From Natrialbaceae archaeon (GTDB taxonomy: Archaea; Halobacteriota; Halobacteria; Halobacteriales; Natrialbaceae), in contig PWMF01000164.1 of NCBI GenBank assembly GCA_003559215.1, forward strand, positions 11,500 through 75,499: a stretch of DNA of 64,000 nucleotides, given 5' to 3'. This document shows positions 63,554 to 64,000 of this stretch, piece after piece. Below the pieces are notes generated by a model. That model saw only the letters and a program-made list of their open reading frames with translations, was not told the DNA's origin and searched no databases. The position numbers were made by a program, and so were the translations under genes. The first letter of the stretch is position 1. Each line of letters starts with the position of its first letter.

Positions 63554-63613
63554 GCTCCGACAGAACCGGACAGACCGTTGACTATATCCTCTCACCCGCC
63601 GTAGTCGCTCCCG

Positions 63614-64000
63614 ATGTGGTTCGAGTCGGCCCGGGTCGAAGCTGTCAGGGACGCGTTCCCTGAGTGGCTGGCGTTTCTCGTCGCCTTTCTCTCCCATCTC
63701 GGCAGCGTCTGGTTCGTCGCGCCGGCGGTCGTCCTCGCGTTCTGGTATCTCGACCCCCATCGGTTCGCCTCCTGGATCGGGATCGTGCTGGGGTGTTACG
63801 CCGTCATGATCGGGCTCAAAGGGTTCTTCGAGACGCCGCGTCCCGGCGTCGATCCCGCCGTCGCGGTCGAGTCGTTACCCCTGCCGGTCGCGGTCGTCTA
63901 CGCCCCTGCCGTCGAGATCAGCACGTCGAGCTTTCCGAGCGGCCACGCGATGGCCGCGGTAGTGATCTGGACGATGCTCACGCTCGAATTCGACGTCGGG
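63614..64000 (+). CDS. PAP2 family phosphatase (3' end runs off window)
   Basis: Own translation shows LKGFFETPRP and SFPSGHA. Confidence 0.88.
   Translation, partial: MWFESARVEAVRDAFPEWLAFLVAFLSHLGSVWFVAPAVVLAFWYLDPHRFASWIGIVLGCYAVMIGLKGFFETPRPGVDPAVAVESLPLPVAVVYAPAVEISTSSFPSGHAMAAVVIWTMLTLEFDVG

Overview
GC-rich haloarchaeal chromosome segment. The acidic proteome, archaeal information genes and very frequent CTCGAG suggest Natrialbales. It holds mostly housekeeping genes: ZIP transporter, geranylgeranyl reductase, uvrA, rps24e/rps27ae, a Kae1-Bud32 fusion, rdgB, ubaA, a UvrD-like helicase, riboflavin synthase, FAU-1, aRF1, argS, tsr3, rpl40e, udg, hisH and trm1. A probable replication origin (57.3-58.5 kb: repeated ORB-like boxes flanking an AT-rich tract) lies directly upstream of an orc1/cdc6 gene. 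I saw no rRNA, tRNA, CRISPR array or transposase. The most unusual signals are: (i) a modular ~200-bp structured repeat present twice between convergent genes, with one module (compensatory stem changes) also sitting in frame in the Kae1-Bud32 linker; (ii) a 57-bp hairpin insertion flanked by a 9-bp direct repeat, in frame in hisH; (iii) a candidate three-hairpin small RNA with its own TATA box and T-rich end, convergent with FAU-1; (iv) a Tat-secreted PhaZ7-like PHA depolymerase candidate; (v) several disrupted genes (amber-interrupted rhodanese-MBL, a frameshifted membrane protein, a DUF2249/membrane-protein relic). All family assignments come from motif recognition by eye; no database searches were run.
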